From NCBI GenBank assembly GCA_964016885.1, contig OZ024741.1, positions 136,896,001 through 136,960,000 on the forward strand: a stretch of 64,000 bases of DNA. Direction: 5' to 3'. This document shows positions 32,975 to 45,289 of this stretch, piece after piece; the stretch's first letter is position 1, and the number at the start of each line of letters is the position of its first letter. The notes beneath the pieces are model-generated. The model did no database searches. It was not told where the DNA came from and saw nothing but the letters and a program-made list of their open reading frames with translations. A program made the position numbers and the translations under genes. Source of the DNA: Eledone cirrhosa. Its lineage: Eukaryota.

Positions 32975-35900
32975 TATATTTCTTTATTAGCCACAAGGGC
33001 GCACAAGAAAAGGGGACAATACAAAGACATGCCGGGGATTTTACATAGTCGTGTAAAAAATATAAAAACAAACAATTACAACAATCGAAATCCCCAATAG
33101 GGGGAGGCGTCACAAATGGGTTGTTTAATACCCCTTCGATAGAACAACCCTCAACTCCAGGAGCGTGTTGTGCAAGTGCTCCTTTCTTCCTTTTGCTCTC
33201 TTCTTCAACCTACAGGCTTATAAACAGAGAAGGCCCAATCACTCGGGCCATTTTTGCTTCATTCACCCACCTTTCAGTAAATTTACTTGGGTGCAGTGCC
33301 TCTCTCTCCACCCTGATTCTCCTTCTAAAGTGATACTTAAAGAAGGGAATCAATTGTTGTCCGGAGAGAAAGGCATCTGTCCTCAGTCCTCTCAACCTCG
33401 TCCACCATATAACTTCTTTCACCCATAGTCACCGTACAGAGCCACCGTACTTTCGTTTTTGAAAGAGGCTGGCGGTTTGATCCTTACTATGGACTCGGAA
33501 GTCAACTGGATTTGTCCCATACGCGACAGCAATTGTTCTGCATAGTTCCACAGGTTGGTTACGCCCGGGCAGTGTACAATTGCATGCAGGACTGTTTCAA
33601 TGTCCTGCGCGCACCTTGGACACGTCCTCTTGTAAGGATCCCTGCAGGGGCGTCCGTGCCTGTAGATCTTGTCACGAACCGGTAGAGCTCTCCTCGGTAG
33701 CACTGCCAGGCCAGGGACCTCTGGAAGTTGTCCATAGGTCCCAGGCGGAAAGTCCTACCAAACAGACTGGTGAGCTCATCATCTTCAACACCCAGAGTCT
33801 CTCCGAGCACGTCGTCGCCCTTGTAACATACAATCCCTCTATAGAATGTCAAAGTGGAGTCTCCACTGATTGCTGCGCCCGCTTGCCAGAGGACTGTGAG
33901 CGCCTGAGCGCATTCAATGTGCCAGGCGCCCATCGTTTTTGGTCTTTTCTTGACCTAGGACTGCAGCTCTGTCAGCGAGACGAGCTGTGCGAAAGCCTGT
34001 CTCACAAACGGTACCTACACCGGTTGGGGGTCAGTGAGGAATACCTGGAGATGCCGCAACCTCAGCGCATCAGCCACGGCATTCCCAGCCCTCCGTTGGA
34101 AGGGTGCTGACAGCAGACGGATCTCCTCACCAGTGGAGCCTGCTTTTTCCACAGAAACTGGAAGAGTATGCGTTCCATCTTGGCAAGGTGTTCACAAGGG
34201 ACAAGGCACGACAGTCAAGTGGTAGTAGATGACGGACGCTATGAAAGTGTTCGCCACCTCCGCTCGACCTTTCAAGGACAGTTTGCACTCTGCCCACTTC
34301 TGGGTGAGTGCAAACACCTTGGCCGTGACCTCGTTCCAGTTTTTCTCTACCTGGAGGTCTGGACCGAACCAGACCCCGAGCAATTTCACCGGTCCGTCCG
34401 TCCAGCGTCCAACGACGCTGTCAGACGTCATCGGTTTGCCTCTCCAGGTACCGAGTTGCAAACCGACAGACTTGTCCGGGTTTAGTTTTGCTCCCGTCAG
34501 CGTTTCGTATTCATTCAGTAAGTTGCCGACACCGCTTTGCGCAGTCCCGAAGTATGAACTAAAGTCCATTGCCGCTTTCGGCTCACCGTCCTTCTGCTCA
34601 AACAGTCGCACAAATGCAGCTGAAAGGCCGCTCATATTTGCTTGGGGTCAAGTAGCACGCGTCCGTTTTGGTCTTTCAAAGACCGAATCGTGGACTTGTT
34701 GCCAGTTTTTGGCTCCGCCATTCGGGCCCAGCTGACAGCTTTCGCTCCTTCGTTTCCTAGAGCACGTGTTTTGCCTCTGACCATGCAGCCTTCGTGTTTC
34801 GCATCAAAGAACTGGTCCAGTGCCGTTCTCGACACTAACACTCTAGCCGCATTGCCACTTCTAAGTGCCTCCTCTACCTTGGCTACTAGTTCTCTTTCTA
34901 TTCTGTTTTTCTCTAAGGCTAACTCTCTGCTATACCCTATCGATTCTATTCTAATTGCTTTCTTGAGAGAGTACCACCATCTATTGTTGACGATGGTTCC
35001 CGTTAACTGTTGCTTGACTAGTCTACTTATCCGTTCACTGTAAGCTTTACATGCCGGCAACGACACGTTCAGCTTCCAGTATCCGGGTCCCTGTCTATAT
35101 ATTCTATCACGGCTGACTAAGCAGACGACTAATTTGTGATCTGAATAGGCAACCATGTGCATTTGTGGACAGCTTAACATCTCCTTGTCCCTTTCTCTAA
35201 TGAAGAACCTATCTAAATACGATCTAGATGTCCCACTGCGGTTTGCCCACGTCCACTGTGGTGCAGTCGGGAAATCCAGTCGATACCTATCGGCCAGTTG
35301 GAATCGGCCGATTAAAGTTTTGAGGCTGTTGCACCCCGCTCTACTGGGACATGCTCCCACATAGTCCCATCGTGCATCTAGGATACCATTCCAGTTCCCC
35401 ACTAAAAGTAAGGAGCGAGATGTTCCCAGAAAAGACTCTAGACGCTTAAAGAAGTCTGGCCGTGATTGCGATTGCCCGGTCAGGGCATAAACGGCCACCA
35501 GTCTGAAGGCTCCACCTCCAATATTGTTCACGTCTAGGACTACCAGTCTACTCTCCAGGTCCAAGTGTACTTGCTGTACTTCAACGTCCAGGTTCTTCCG
35601 AAACATGACAGCCACTCCACCCCCACCTCCTGGCTGACAGAGAGATGCGTAGATCTCAAAGTCGTCGAAGATGAGGGTTAGTTGCTGCCTGTTGTGGATC
35701 CTGGACTCGGTGATGGCTATCACTTCCATACCGTGTGACCTAAGGTCGTTTAAAAGTTGGCCGTTTCCAGGGCATACCTAGGCCACGCAAATTCACGCTT
35801 CCAACGCGTAAACTAGCCATGTTGGTGAAGAAGAGTTGGAGAAAAAGCACTTACCTTTTCGTTTCCTGGAGATCGGGTTGTTCAATCTCCATTTGGGTAC

Positions 35901-37775
35901 TGGATGGGGTGTTGGGTGGGGTGGGGAAACATTTTAACAGGATGCGGTTGATGGGTTTGTGGCAGGGGTTGCCCACGTCCTGCGAAAATTTATATTTTAG
36001 GTCATTATAGGTTTCCATAGAAACCCTTATAAGTTTAAGGTGTGGAGACGATTCTGCCTTGACGAAAGTTTTGCCCTCCGTCTCCACCTTGGGGTTTTGG
36101 GCGATGACCTCCATCAAATTCTTATTGTTTGTGTTGATGTATGCGTATTGTTGTTTGTGTTTTAGTTTGCTGTTTGTCCGGGAGTTTGCTTTTTATGGTG
36201 GATGCTTGTTTTTGGGGTGGTGTTGGTGTTGGTTTTGCTGATAGGGGGATGTTTGACTGTGGTGTTGTTTGTGTCTGTGGTTGTGTATTGGTGTTGGTGA
36301 TTGGAGTTTTGGGGGTTTTGTGGTGTCTCTTTTTTTGTTTTTTAGATTTTCGCAGCTCTCCCTCTTCTTCACTTAAAGGAGAAGCAGCTTCATCCGTCAA
36401 TGAATAATCATCGTCAGGTGTGTGGGGTAGGGGTATGCTGTGTGGTGGTGTTTCAGTGTGTGTTTGTGGTAGTGTTTGATGGAGTGGGATGGGGTGGGCC
36501 TGCGTTCTTCAGGGGTGTTGTCTCTGTTTTTTCTGTTGTTGTTGGTTGAGTGGCTGTTTGTTTTGGTGTGGTTGCTCGTTTCGTCTGTCGTTGTACTTGT
36601 GGTGGTGGTGGTGGTTGTTTTGGTGTGTTTGTGAAGGACAAGAGGCTTTTAGGTGTGCTGTGCTACCACAGCGAAAGCAATGAAATTTTCGTCCTTCTAC
36701 CAAAATGTTTATTTTGTTGTTATCATCGATGACGACTCTTTCGGGTATTTTGGAGATTCTCTCCAGTTTCATTTGCAACAGAATCTCCAAATCAGTACCC
36801 GCCCACCTTTGTTGAATAGATTTTCATATCGAAAGAATCATATCAGTTTCTGGCTCTATGAAACCAGCCAAGATCCACCAGATGTTAATGTTTGGGGGTA
36901 TATTTTTTATTTTTATTTTTTGTGTCCTTTTTCACATGTATGTAGGGAAAAAGGTGTATGCTTTTAACACTATTGGTGTCACAGAATGTTTTGGGGTGAG
37001 TGCGTCGCTTTTAAATAGTACGGAAACACTTCCATACTGTTTTCCTCGCTGGAGAAAATCGATATTTGCTAGAATTTCCTTGAAAGTAGCTTCTATATCT
37101 GCTTGGCTAACAAATGTCGGCTTTCTTGTGGAATTTGACAGTCCTAAAGGTGACTGATCTGCGAATTGTGTCTTCCTTTATTTCAAGGGGTGAGTTAATT
37201 CTAAACCCACCTTTTTCTTCAAAAGTTAAAAATGTTCTCCCTTGCTGGAGCATATCTCTTGCATTGGAGATATCAAGATTTATAAAATTTGTTCACTGTT
37301 TCAGTGAAAGACATTTTCTTTTTTTGTGTGGTGTTGCTGTTGTTGGTGTTATCGTTGTTAGCCTCGGTGTTGGAAATCTCAGTTCCTTGACGAGGTGAAA
37401 CATTGTGTAGATGTATCTGTGGAGTTGTTGGTCTTTTTCATGTGTATGTTAATGGGTTTAATTCCTGTGTTTTCATTTGTGTTAGTGTTATTTTTCTCCA
37501 CTTCGACGGTAGAAATTTTAAAATCTCAAGTGGTAACATTTTTTCCTCTTTGTTGAGTCGTATCTATGGCGACATCCATAGTAGCAGAAGCAGATATAAC
37601 GTTAATATCTGCCTCTTTCTCTCTCTTTTCTCTATTGACGTTCTCCAGTGTTCTTGTGTTGTTCAAGTTATTTGTTTGTAAAATCTGATATTTTAAAACA
37701 ATTTTTAAAATAAAATTTTCGCCCCTAAAGGGGCGAAAAATGGGATTACCACCCAGCTGACAATTCAGCTTGGCG
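32975..37775 (-). mobile_element. Tx1-like element C: 5' hairpins, ORF1, EN, RT core deleted (~34535), C-terminus and 3' UTR
   Basis: CFRCGSTAHLKASC; 365-aa EN/linker ORF 34632-35729; CPRCAQDIETVLHAIVHC; stop 33210-33212. Confidence 0.92.
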
Positions 37776-38350
37776 CTGATTTGGCAGGGTTAATAACTCT
37801 ACAACTAGGCCGGTTATTTAAGTCTGATTTATGGTCTTTAAGTGTAATATACTGTTGTTTATATTTTTGTTGTTCATTTTGTAGCTTTCTTTTTACGGTG
37901 GGCATTTGTGTTTGGAGTGGTGTTGGTGTTCGTTTTGCTGGTAGGGGGGTGTTTGATTGTGGTAGTGTTTGTGTTGGTGGTTGTCTGTTTGTGTTGTGTT
38001 TGTGGCTTTGCGGCATCTCTTTTTTTGTTTTTGATTTCTGAGCCTCTCCTTCATCCTCACTTGTGGATGGAGAAGTAGCCTCGTCTGATGATGAATCGTC
38101 ATCAGGGGCGGGTGGGAGGAGTATGTTGTGTGGTGATGGTGTGTTTGTGTGTGTGGTTGTGGTAGTGTTGGGTGAAGTGGGATGGGGTGGGACTGTGTTT
38201 TTCAGGGGAATTGTTTGTTTTTTCTGTTGTTTGTGGTTGAGCAGTTGTTTTTTGTGTAATATTTGACTTTCAGTTCGGTTATCTACTTTTAATTTACTAG
38301 CTATAACTTTAACTTCATTATTTATATTATATATTAGGTTTTTGATATTA
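37770..38350 (-). pseudogene. Penelope-like RT N-terminal fragment interrupted by a Tx1-like ORF1 piece (~37853-38262)
   Basis: NINNEVKVIASKLKVDNRTE...YITLKDHKSDLNNRPSCRVINPAKS matches the recalled PLE motif ITLKDHK..F.N.P..RLINP.KS; the insert matches ~21540-21910. Confidence 0.65.
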
Positions 38351-38365
38351 AGTAATAATACTACC

Positions 38366-38687
38366 TGTAGTGGCCCCTTACGGCTGTGACTCAGCACGTA
38401 TGGGAGTTGCGTCCCTTTACGACAGGCGCGACCCCCATTGTACCAAATGGAGTTGCGTCCCCCTGGGGACTATATATTTGAGGCCTGCCAAGGCATAAGC
38501 CTCTCTCGCATCCTGAACTTCGAAGGGACAAGAACACCTGAGACCTTGTCAAGAGATGACTCATGTCTCACTTCCTTCGCCCGCAAGAAGAATACTGGCA
38601 GCCTAAAGAAATACTTGAACCAAGAGAAGATTTCTGTTCTTCTCTACACACTCCAGTCTGGGAGTTGTGACCAACTGAACATCTACA
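38366..38687. mobile_element. Possible solo LTR
   Basis: TGTAG...CTACA termini, GC-richer than flanks, duplicated GGAGTTGCGTCCC, TATA-like at 38471; no TSD found. Confidence 0.35.
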
Positions 38688-39132
38688 TGTGGTAACAAAT
38701 TATTTATATTAATTTATTTGACTGCTGTGAAGTAAATCCTTGTCACAACTCTCACCTGCATTTATTGTCATTCTTGATAATATATAAATATATATACACT
38801 GATACTAATCTCCTAAATACCCATTAAATGGTTATTAACTTCGTAAAGGTTTTTAGTTTTATCAGAGACTACAAATGTATTACTAGACATGAAAAATGCG
38901 CAAGCTCAAAAGTGCCACAGAATGTTATAATAAACCTTCAAAAGTGTGGGACTAGAGTTGTTGCTAAAAAATATTGTAATCATTATATATCGTACATTCT
39001 GTGGCATCCTTTATAAAAATAGCTTAAACCAACGAAGCCTTTATTTTTACGCTATTTCACTTAGTTAATTCTTAGAGTGTAACATATAAAAATATGATTT
39101 ACAACTATAAAATAAATTAATTAATATAATAA

Positions 39133-39220
39133 CAGAGCTGCGGAGCTGAAATTTAGGAAATAATGGAGTATCGGATCCTGAGTTGGAGCCAGTCAATTTT
39201 TGGCCGACTCCGCAGCCCTG
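39133..39220. mobile_element. hAT-type MITE (88 bp)
   Basis: 13-bp TIR CAGAGCTGCGGAG / CTCCGCAGCCCTG (1 mismatch); 8-bp TSD TATAATAA / TATAATAC. Confidence 0.7.
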
Positions 39221-40574
39221 TATAATACATTTCATATTAAAGTTATTAATAAACCTATTTTACACTGCATGCAAATTACCATGAGATATTGATATTAGAT
39301 ATAAGATACAGCGCAATATCTACAGCTGTAAAAGTACGAAAGCGAAGTAATAATAAGTGGCTTAAGGTAATTCCAATATGAAAGTTTGTAGTGATAAAAA
39401 TTTGATAATGCAATACGATTGTTAATATTATAGTTCTATGAAAATGTAACAATAGATAACTAAATTATTTTACTATTAGTATATTTAAGAAATTATCATT
39501 ATAGATTTGATCGTTCATATAAGCATCATATTAAGAGAGAGAGATTTATCTAGTCCTTCGCTCAAGATTAATCTATAAGTTTAGATGTCTGCCTTCGTTT
39601 AAGTAAATATTACAGTAAGATTTTTAATATAAACAACTACAAAAAACAATTAATATTAAAACGAAAAAATTATCAATGATAAAAGAAGCGGATGCAACTT
39701 TTTTTTTTATAAAGTTATATTCCTGTTTCTTTAAAGAACATTTCATTTTTGTTCTATTGTAGGCGAAATAATGCAATGGTTTAATAGGGAAGATATAACT
39801 TACCAATTATGTCTCTAACCGTGTAACGCTTTTTAAGTAGATAACTACAATTGAAAATACTAAAGAAATGGAACCAACAATTCAATTTGAAAGTCGTCTA
39901 CTTATAGTGACAGTGTATTACTGGTACTTTATTTTATCGACCCCGTAACGATGAAAAGCAAAAATGCAAATGCTTAAAATTTAAATTGCCTTAATTCTAT
40001 CGTCTGCTGTTTCATTAAAGGGAGATTCTCGTCTGTATTTAATTCTATCGTCTACTGTTCCACTAAACAGATATACCTCCACTATCGTCTCTATTTATAC
40101 ATTTTAACTTATAACTTATACACATTTGATGTGAAATATTTTATCTAGTCCCCCCTCTCAATATTATGATGATTTCTTTCGAATGAAACAGTTCTAGTCC
40201 TGTAGAAGCCATTTATATATATAATTGAACTGAGTTAAAAATTCATAATATTTATAATTAAATAAGCTCATATATATATGTGTGTATTTATCTGTTTATT
40301 GTATTATATATAATGTGTGTATATACAGGATGTCCCCCAAAAATATATACACACTTCAACAGCATTCTAATAACTATTGCCTGTACAGGTAATCAAAGTG
40401 TCAATCGAATGTTAGTTTCGTGTTTTAACAGTACAAATTTACAATACACACATAAAACCAGTGTATATACATACATGAGTGTGTATACACATACATGAAT
40501 GTGTATATACAATATATATGTATATATATATAGACACATATATTCACGGTGCAACGGAACATTAAAATATAGAT

Positions 40575-40955
40575 GCAGGGGGGGGGGGTGTATATATAGG
40601 GGCGCTGGGGATAAAGGAGTGTAAAGCGTAAGTGTGTAATTGATATATTGAAGGAGAGGAGCGTGCAGCGATAGAGTAACAAATATATAGAGAGGGGGAG
40701 AGATGGTATTGAAGGGGAGGAGTGCAAAGCGAAAGAGTAAGAGAGATATATATAGAGACGGAACAGATAGAGAGAAACGGGCATAAGTAACAGTGGAAGA
40801 GATATAGAGGGGGTAATAAATAAATGGAAATATAAGTGTAACAGTATAAGAGATATATAGAGAGGGGGAAATGTGTTATTGAAGGGGAGGAGTGTAAAGC
40901 GAAAGCGTAAGATATATATAGAGAGAGGGGGAATAGTATATATATATATATATAT
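40575..40955. repeat. GA/TA-rich degenerate minisatellite
   Basis: Recurring TATTGAAGGGGAGGAGTG(C/T)AAAGCGAAAG and ATATATAGAGAGGGGG units. Confidence 0.7.
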
Positions 40956-41237
40956 CAACACTTACTCTGATTGGTTGAAAATTAGCCAATGACATACGAT
41001 CACCACCACCACGGCTATCCCCGGAAAATTTCTGAAGAAGTTACGTATATATGTTAGAACACGAAAAGTGAACACTCTGTTGTTTCACACTTTTCGTGTT
41101 CTAACAGATTAGAGCGTTTGATATTAGAAATATCATTATTGTACTTATGAAATTTTAGTTGGTTCGTCATGTTAACTAAGTCTAATTCAATTGTACAAAC
41201 TCTTTCGAAAGTCAATAGTAGCCACATCTATAGTATT

Positions 41238-41352
41238 AATAATTGTTTCTACTTTTTGGCACAAGGCCAGCAATTATCCCAGTACATTACTGGTACTTTA
41301 TTTTATCGACCCCGTAAGGATGAAAGGCAAAGTTAACCTCGGCGGGAATTGA
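41238..41352 (-). mobile_element. SINE family A, 3' part
   Basis: Reverse complement of ~2068-2183. Confidence 0.85.
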
Positions 41353-41376
41353 AATGACAGTAATATATATATATAT

Positions 41377-44300
41377 CCCCTGATGAGTCCCCTGGTCTCG
41401 TCGGACGCCACATCGTGAAGAGGTACCAACCACTAATCTCAGTGGGCAATGAATTGGCAAATACAAGTGGCAGGCGTCGGGTTAGCAACCCGGCACTGCT
41501 GTAAAAATTCTAACCGCTAAAGAAACAGCAAGAAAAGACAAAAAGAAACAAAAATGATCGGCGTAAAGATGAAGGCATGGGAAACACTCCACTCTTGACG
41601 GACCTCAACCGAAGCCAAAAGGACATTGGGGTTCCGATGAGCCACATTCTGAGCACCAAAACAAAGATGCGAATTGGAACTTGGAACGTGCGTACACTAT
41701 ACCGGGCAGTAAAGCTGGCTCAGCTATTTCGCGAGTTCGACCACTACCAGCTGGACATCTTGAGCGGGAGTGAAATGCGCTGGACCGGCAGCGGAGATAC
41801 AACTCTGCTCAACTCTGGACACCAAGATAAGCACATTCATGGAGTTGGACTTGTGATTAGCGCCCCGAGCAACTCGAGCATTGATCGGATGGGAGCCAGT
41901 CAGCGAGCGCATCATAACCTCCCGTTTTCAAAGTGGGCATGCGAAAATCAGTTGTTCAGGGCTACGCACTGATTGATAACGCAACCGACATCGACAAGGA
42001 CGCCTTCTACGAACAGCTACAAGACACATTTAATAACTTGCCCAGCTATGACATCAAACTACTGATCGGTGATTTCAACGCTCAGATTGGCTGCAACAGA
42101 CAGGGACTGGAACAGGTCACTGGGCCATTCGGTTCTGCTGCGGTCACCACGGACAACGGCGAGAGACTGTAGCTGTTTTGTGCCATCAACAGCTTGTGCA
42201 TTAGCAACACCTATTTCAAACACAAGGCGATTCACAAGGCTACTTGGCAGTCTCCAGACCAGATAAGCCGAAACAAGATCGACTACATCTGCATCAACCA
42301 GCGCTGGAGGTCTTCGGTGCGTGTCGTCAAAGTGTACCGAGGTGCGGACGTGGGCTCAGACCACCACCTACTGTGTGCGGAACTTCAGCTGCGCCTGAAG
42401 AAACGGACATGACAGGAAAGACCAAAGCCATATGCAGTGGAGAATCTGAAGTATCCCAGTCAAGCGCGACTGTACCAACTGGCGCAACACAACCGATTCC
42501 AGCAGTTGAGTGAGGCTGCAGATCTGGAAGATCAATGGACGATGTTCACGACAGCTCTGACTGAGGCAGCACAAGAAACTATTGGCCAAAGACGAGGAAC
42601 GAGGAGGGAAAAATGGATCCAAGAACCAACGTGGAACCTGATTGACAGACGAAAAAAGCAAAAGTCGAGCGAGATTCTGCCAGATCGGAGGAAGACCAAA
42701 AGAAAAGAGATGCCGTATACCGCCAAATCGACTGACTGGTAAAGCGAAGCTGCCGGCGGGACAAACGTGAGGGAGTTGACAGGAATGTCGAGCGGTGCCA
42801 ACATGCCAATGAAGGATAAAAATGGACGTTGACCACTGGAGCGGAACAGGAGCAGAGATGGATGGAGCACTTCCGGGAGACGCTGAACCAACCAAATCCA
42901 GTCGCCCTGATAGATTTGACCGCAGAGACTCCAGCAACCACTGAGGTACTCAAAGTATGCGAGCACCATATCACCAAGCAAGAGACGAGAGATGCGATTA
43001 GCCACTTGAGGCACGGCAAAGCAGGCGGACTGGATGAGATCTCTGCTGAGCTGTTCAATTCGGTGAGGAGAGTATGATAACGGCGTTGACAGTCTTGATG
43101 AACCACTGCTGGTGTGTTGGTCAGGTTCCCCTAGAATGGCAGCGCGGTGTCATCGTCAAACTGCCGAAGAAGGGTAACCTGGCAGACTGCAACAACTGGC
43201 GTGGTATCACATTGCTGTCAGTCCCAGGCAAGGCGTTCTGCACTGTGCTGCTGTGTCGACTCTGTGCTCCGGGAGGAACAAGCCGGCTTCCAAAAAAATC
43301 GATCTTGCACGGAACAGATCTTTACACTACGCAACATTCTCGAACAATGCGTTGAGCTACAACAGCCTTTGGCAGTCAATTTTCTTGATTTCCAGAAGGC
43401 GTTCGACAGTGTACACCGGGAGTTGCTGTGGAATGTTGCAGAACTGTACGGCATTCCTGCAAGATTCATCGCCATTTTCAAGGCCCTGTATGGAAACTCC
43501 AGCTGCTGCGTACGGAGTTCTTTGACATTGTCTCTGTGGGTATGGTGTGGCGTGCGGTGGCCGCAGGCGGGGGAGTGCTCGACCGAAAGGGCCAGCAGAG
43601 GGCGCTCTCTAATGGTGCCTAGCAACGGGGTGAATGCCAGTTTGGGCAGTGCCTAGCAACGGGGTGAACGCGAGTTTGGGCAGTACCTAGCAACGGGGTA
43701 AACGCCAGTTTGGGCATCTCCCGGTGTTAGGCAGTTGGACACAGGCGGGCGAGGAGTAACCAGCAGTGGAGATAGCGGCGCCTATGAAGAGCGAAACGAT
43801 ATGGCACTGTTTGTACCAATGTAGAAACTACCAGTCTAGGAGAATGGACATATAAGAACTGGTCTTTAAACTACCATGAGTGGAGATGGCAGCGTCTATG
43901 AAAAGCGGTAAGTGAGATAGCTTTTTCCAACCACAGTCTCCAGAGTCAGTCAGGGTTGCATTCTCTCTCCACTGTTGTTCCTGCTGAGAGCCGATTTCAT
44001 ACTAAGGCGAATGGATGAAGGACCCGGTCGAAGAATCCCATGGAGAGGGCAGTCGAGCCTGAGGGACCTGGCATTCGCCAACGACATCACTTTGATCGCT
44101 GAAAACAGTGCAGATCTGCAGGCCCTAACAACATCCCTACAAGAGAGTGTGGAAAAGATCGGCCTGAGAATCAACACCAAAAAGACCAATGTCATGAGAA
44201 CGGCCAGCAACACAGGTCCAGTGATTCAGAGTCAACCAACAGGACCTCGAAGTCGATCACTTCACCTATCTGGGCAGCGTCCTGACGAGCAACGGTGACG

Positions 44301-44835
44301 CAGAGTTCGACATCAACTGTCTGATCGGCAAAGGAGCCGCAGATTTTCCAGCGGCTGTGCCCAGTCTGGTCGTCTTCATGCATTAGCACCAAGACCAAGC
44401 TCCGCCTGTACAAGAGCATCGTGCTGCTGACAGTGCTTTATGTGAGCGAGACCTGGAATAGTATGGCAAAAATAGAGACGGCTGAACGCTTTCCACCAGC
44501 GGTGCCTGCGAAAGATCCTTCGTGTGTCCTGTCGCGACCGAGTGTGAAACGAGATCCTGCGGAGAGCCGAGTCGTGGATGCTACAGAGAGTGGTCACGGA
44601 GCGTCGGTGCGTCTGGCTGGCCATATTCTGTGTCTGCCAAATGAACGGCATTCTAAAACAGCGATGAACTGGACTCCGCCTGGTGGTAAACGGAGGCGGG
44701 GTTGCCCAAGGATCACCTGGCAACGAACGTTCCAGAAGGACCTGATGCAGCCAACATCACCTGGCACCGTCTCGAAAAAGTTGCCGCTGATCGTGACCGC
44801 TGGCGAGCATTTTCCACTCGATGCACCGAATAATC
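41377..44835 (+). mobile_element. RTE-clade LINE (second family), near full length, decayed
   Basis: IGTWNVRTL, IGDFNAQIG, VGSDHH, NWRGITLLS, FLDFQKAFDS, QGCILSP, LAFANDI (YADD mutated), RRRGCPRITW. Confidence 0.92.
43535..43935. mobile_element. Solo LTR (401 bp) inserted in the RTE RT
   Basis: TGTGG...CCACA termini; 5-bp TSD GTCTC at 43530-43534 and 43936-43940; three ~34-bp internal tandem repeats. Confidence 0.85.
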
Positions 44836-45289
44836 TAAGATATATATATGTTTTTTTTTTATGCGTGGGGACAGAAATAATCGGGTTGGATACCCGATCG
44901 CGCGGTTAAATCATTGGGAGGGAAGAACCCCTAGCCTTTGTCACAGCATTCTTCTAGAAGGCAACCCAGGAAACTGAGTTAACTTCAACATAAAATCTGG
45001 AGCTCAGTAGTTACCGATAATGTTGATCCTTTCTTCTTTTCGGGTTATAGCTACTGTCGCTCAGAGAGTGAGATTGGCTCAGTGCAGTCTTTCCTCATTT
45101 TAAAAATAATCTTCACGCACAGGCATTGCACAATAGCATTAATTAATTATTATTAATGGTGTTGTTATTATTATAATTTTTTTTTCTACTAAATTGCTGG
45201 CTGTAGCCTTAAAAAGCAACCAATTCAATGATGTTCCAAAACAATATAAGAGATAATTGACAATAAGAGCTCTGGAACAAAAGAGATAA

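Noticed and set aside
17460-38266. Many plus-strand Val/Cys/Phe-rich 'membrane-like' ORFs
   Set aside because: They are antisense shadows of the A/C-rich ORF1 and of ORF2.
41377-41425. Hammerhead or HDV-like ribozyme at the RTE 5' end (CTGATGA-GTCC..GGAC)
   Set aside because: GAAA is replaced by GCCA and there is no valid NUH or stem I; I could not build an HDV fold by eye.
44885-45140. Possible further dispersed repeat or structured RNA
   Set aside because: No second copy or diagnostic termini in this window, so it cannot be classified.
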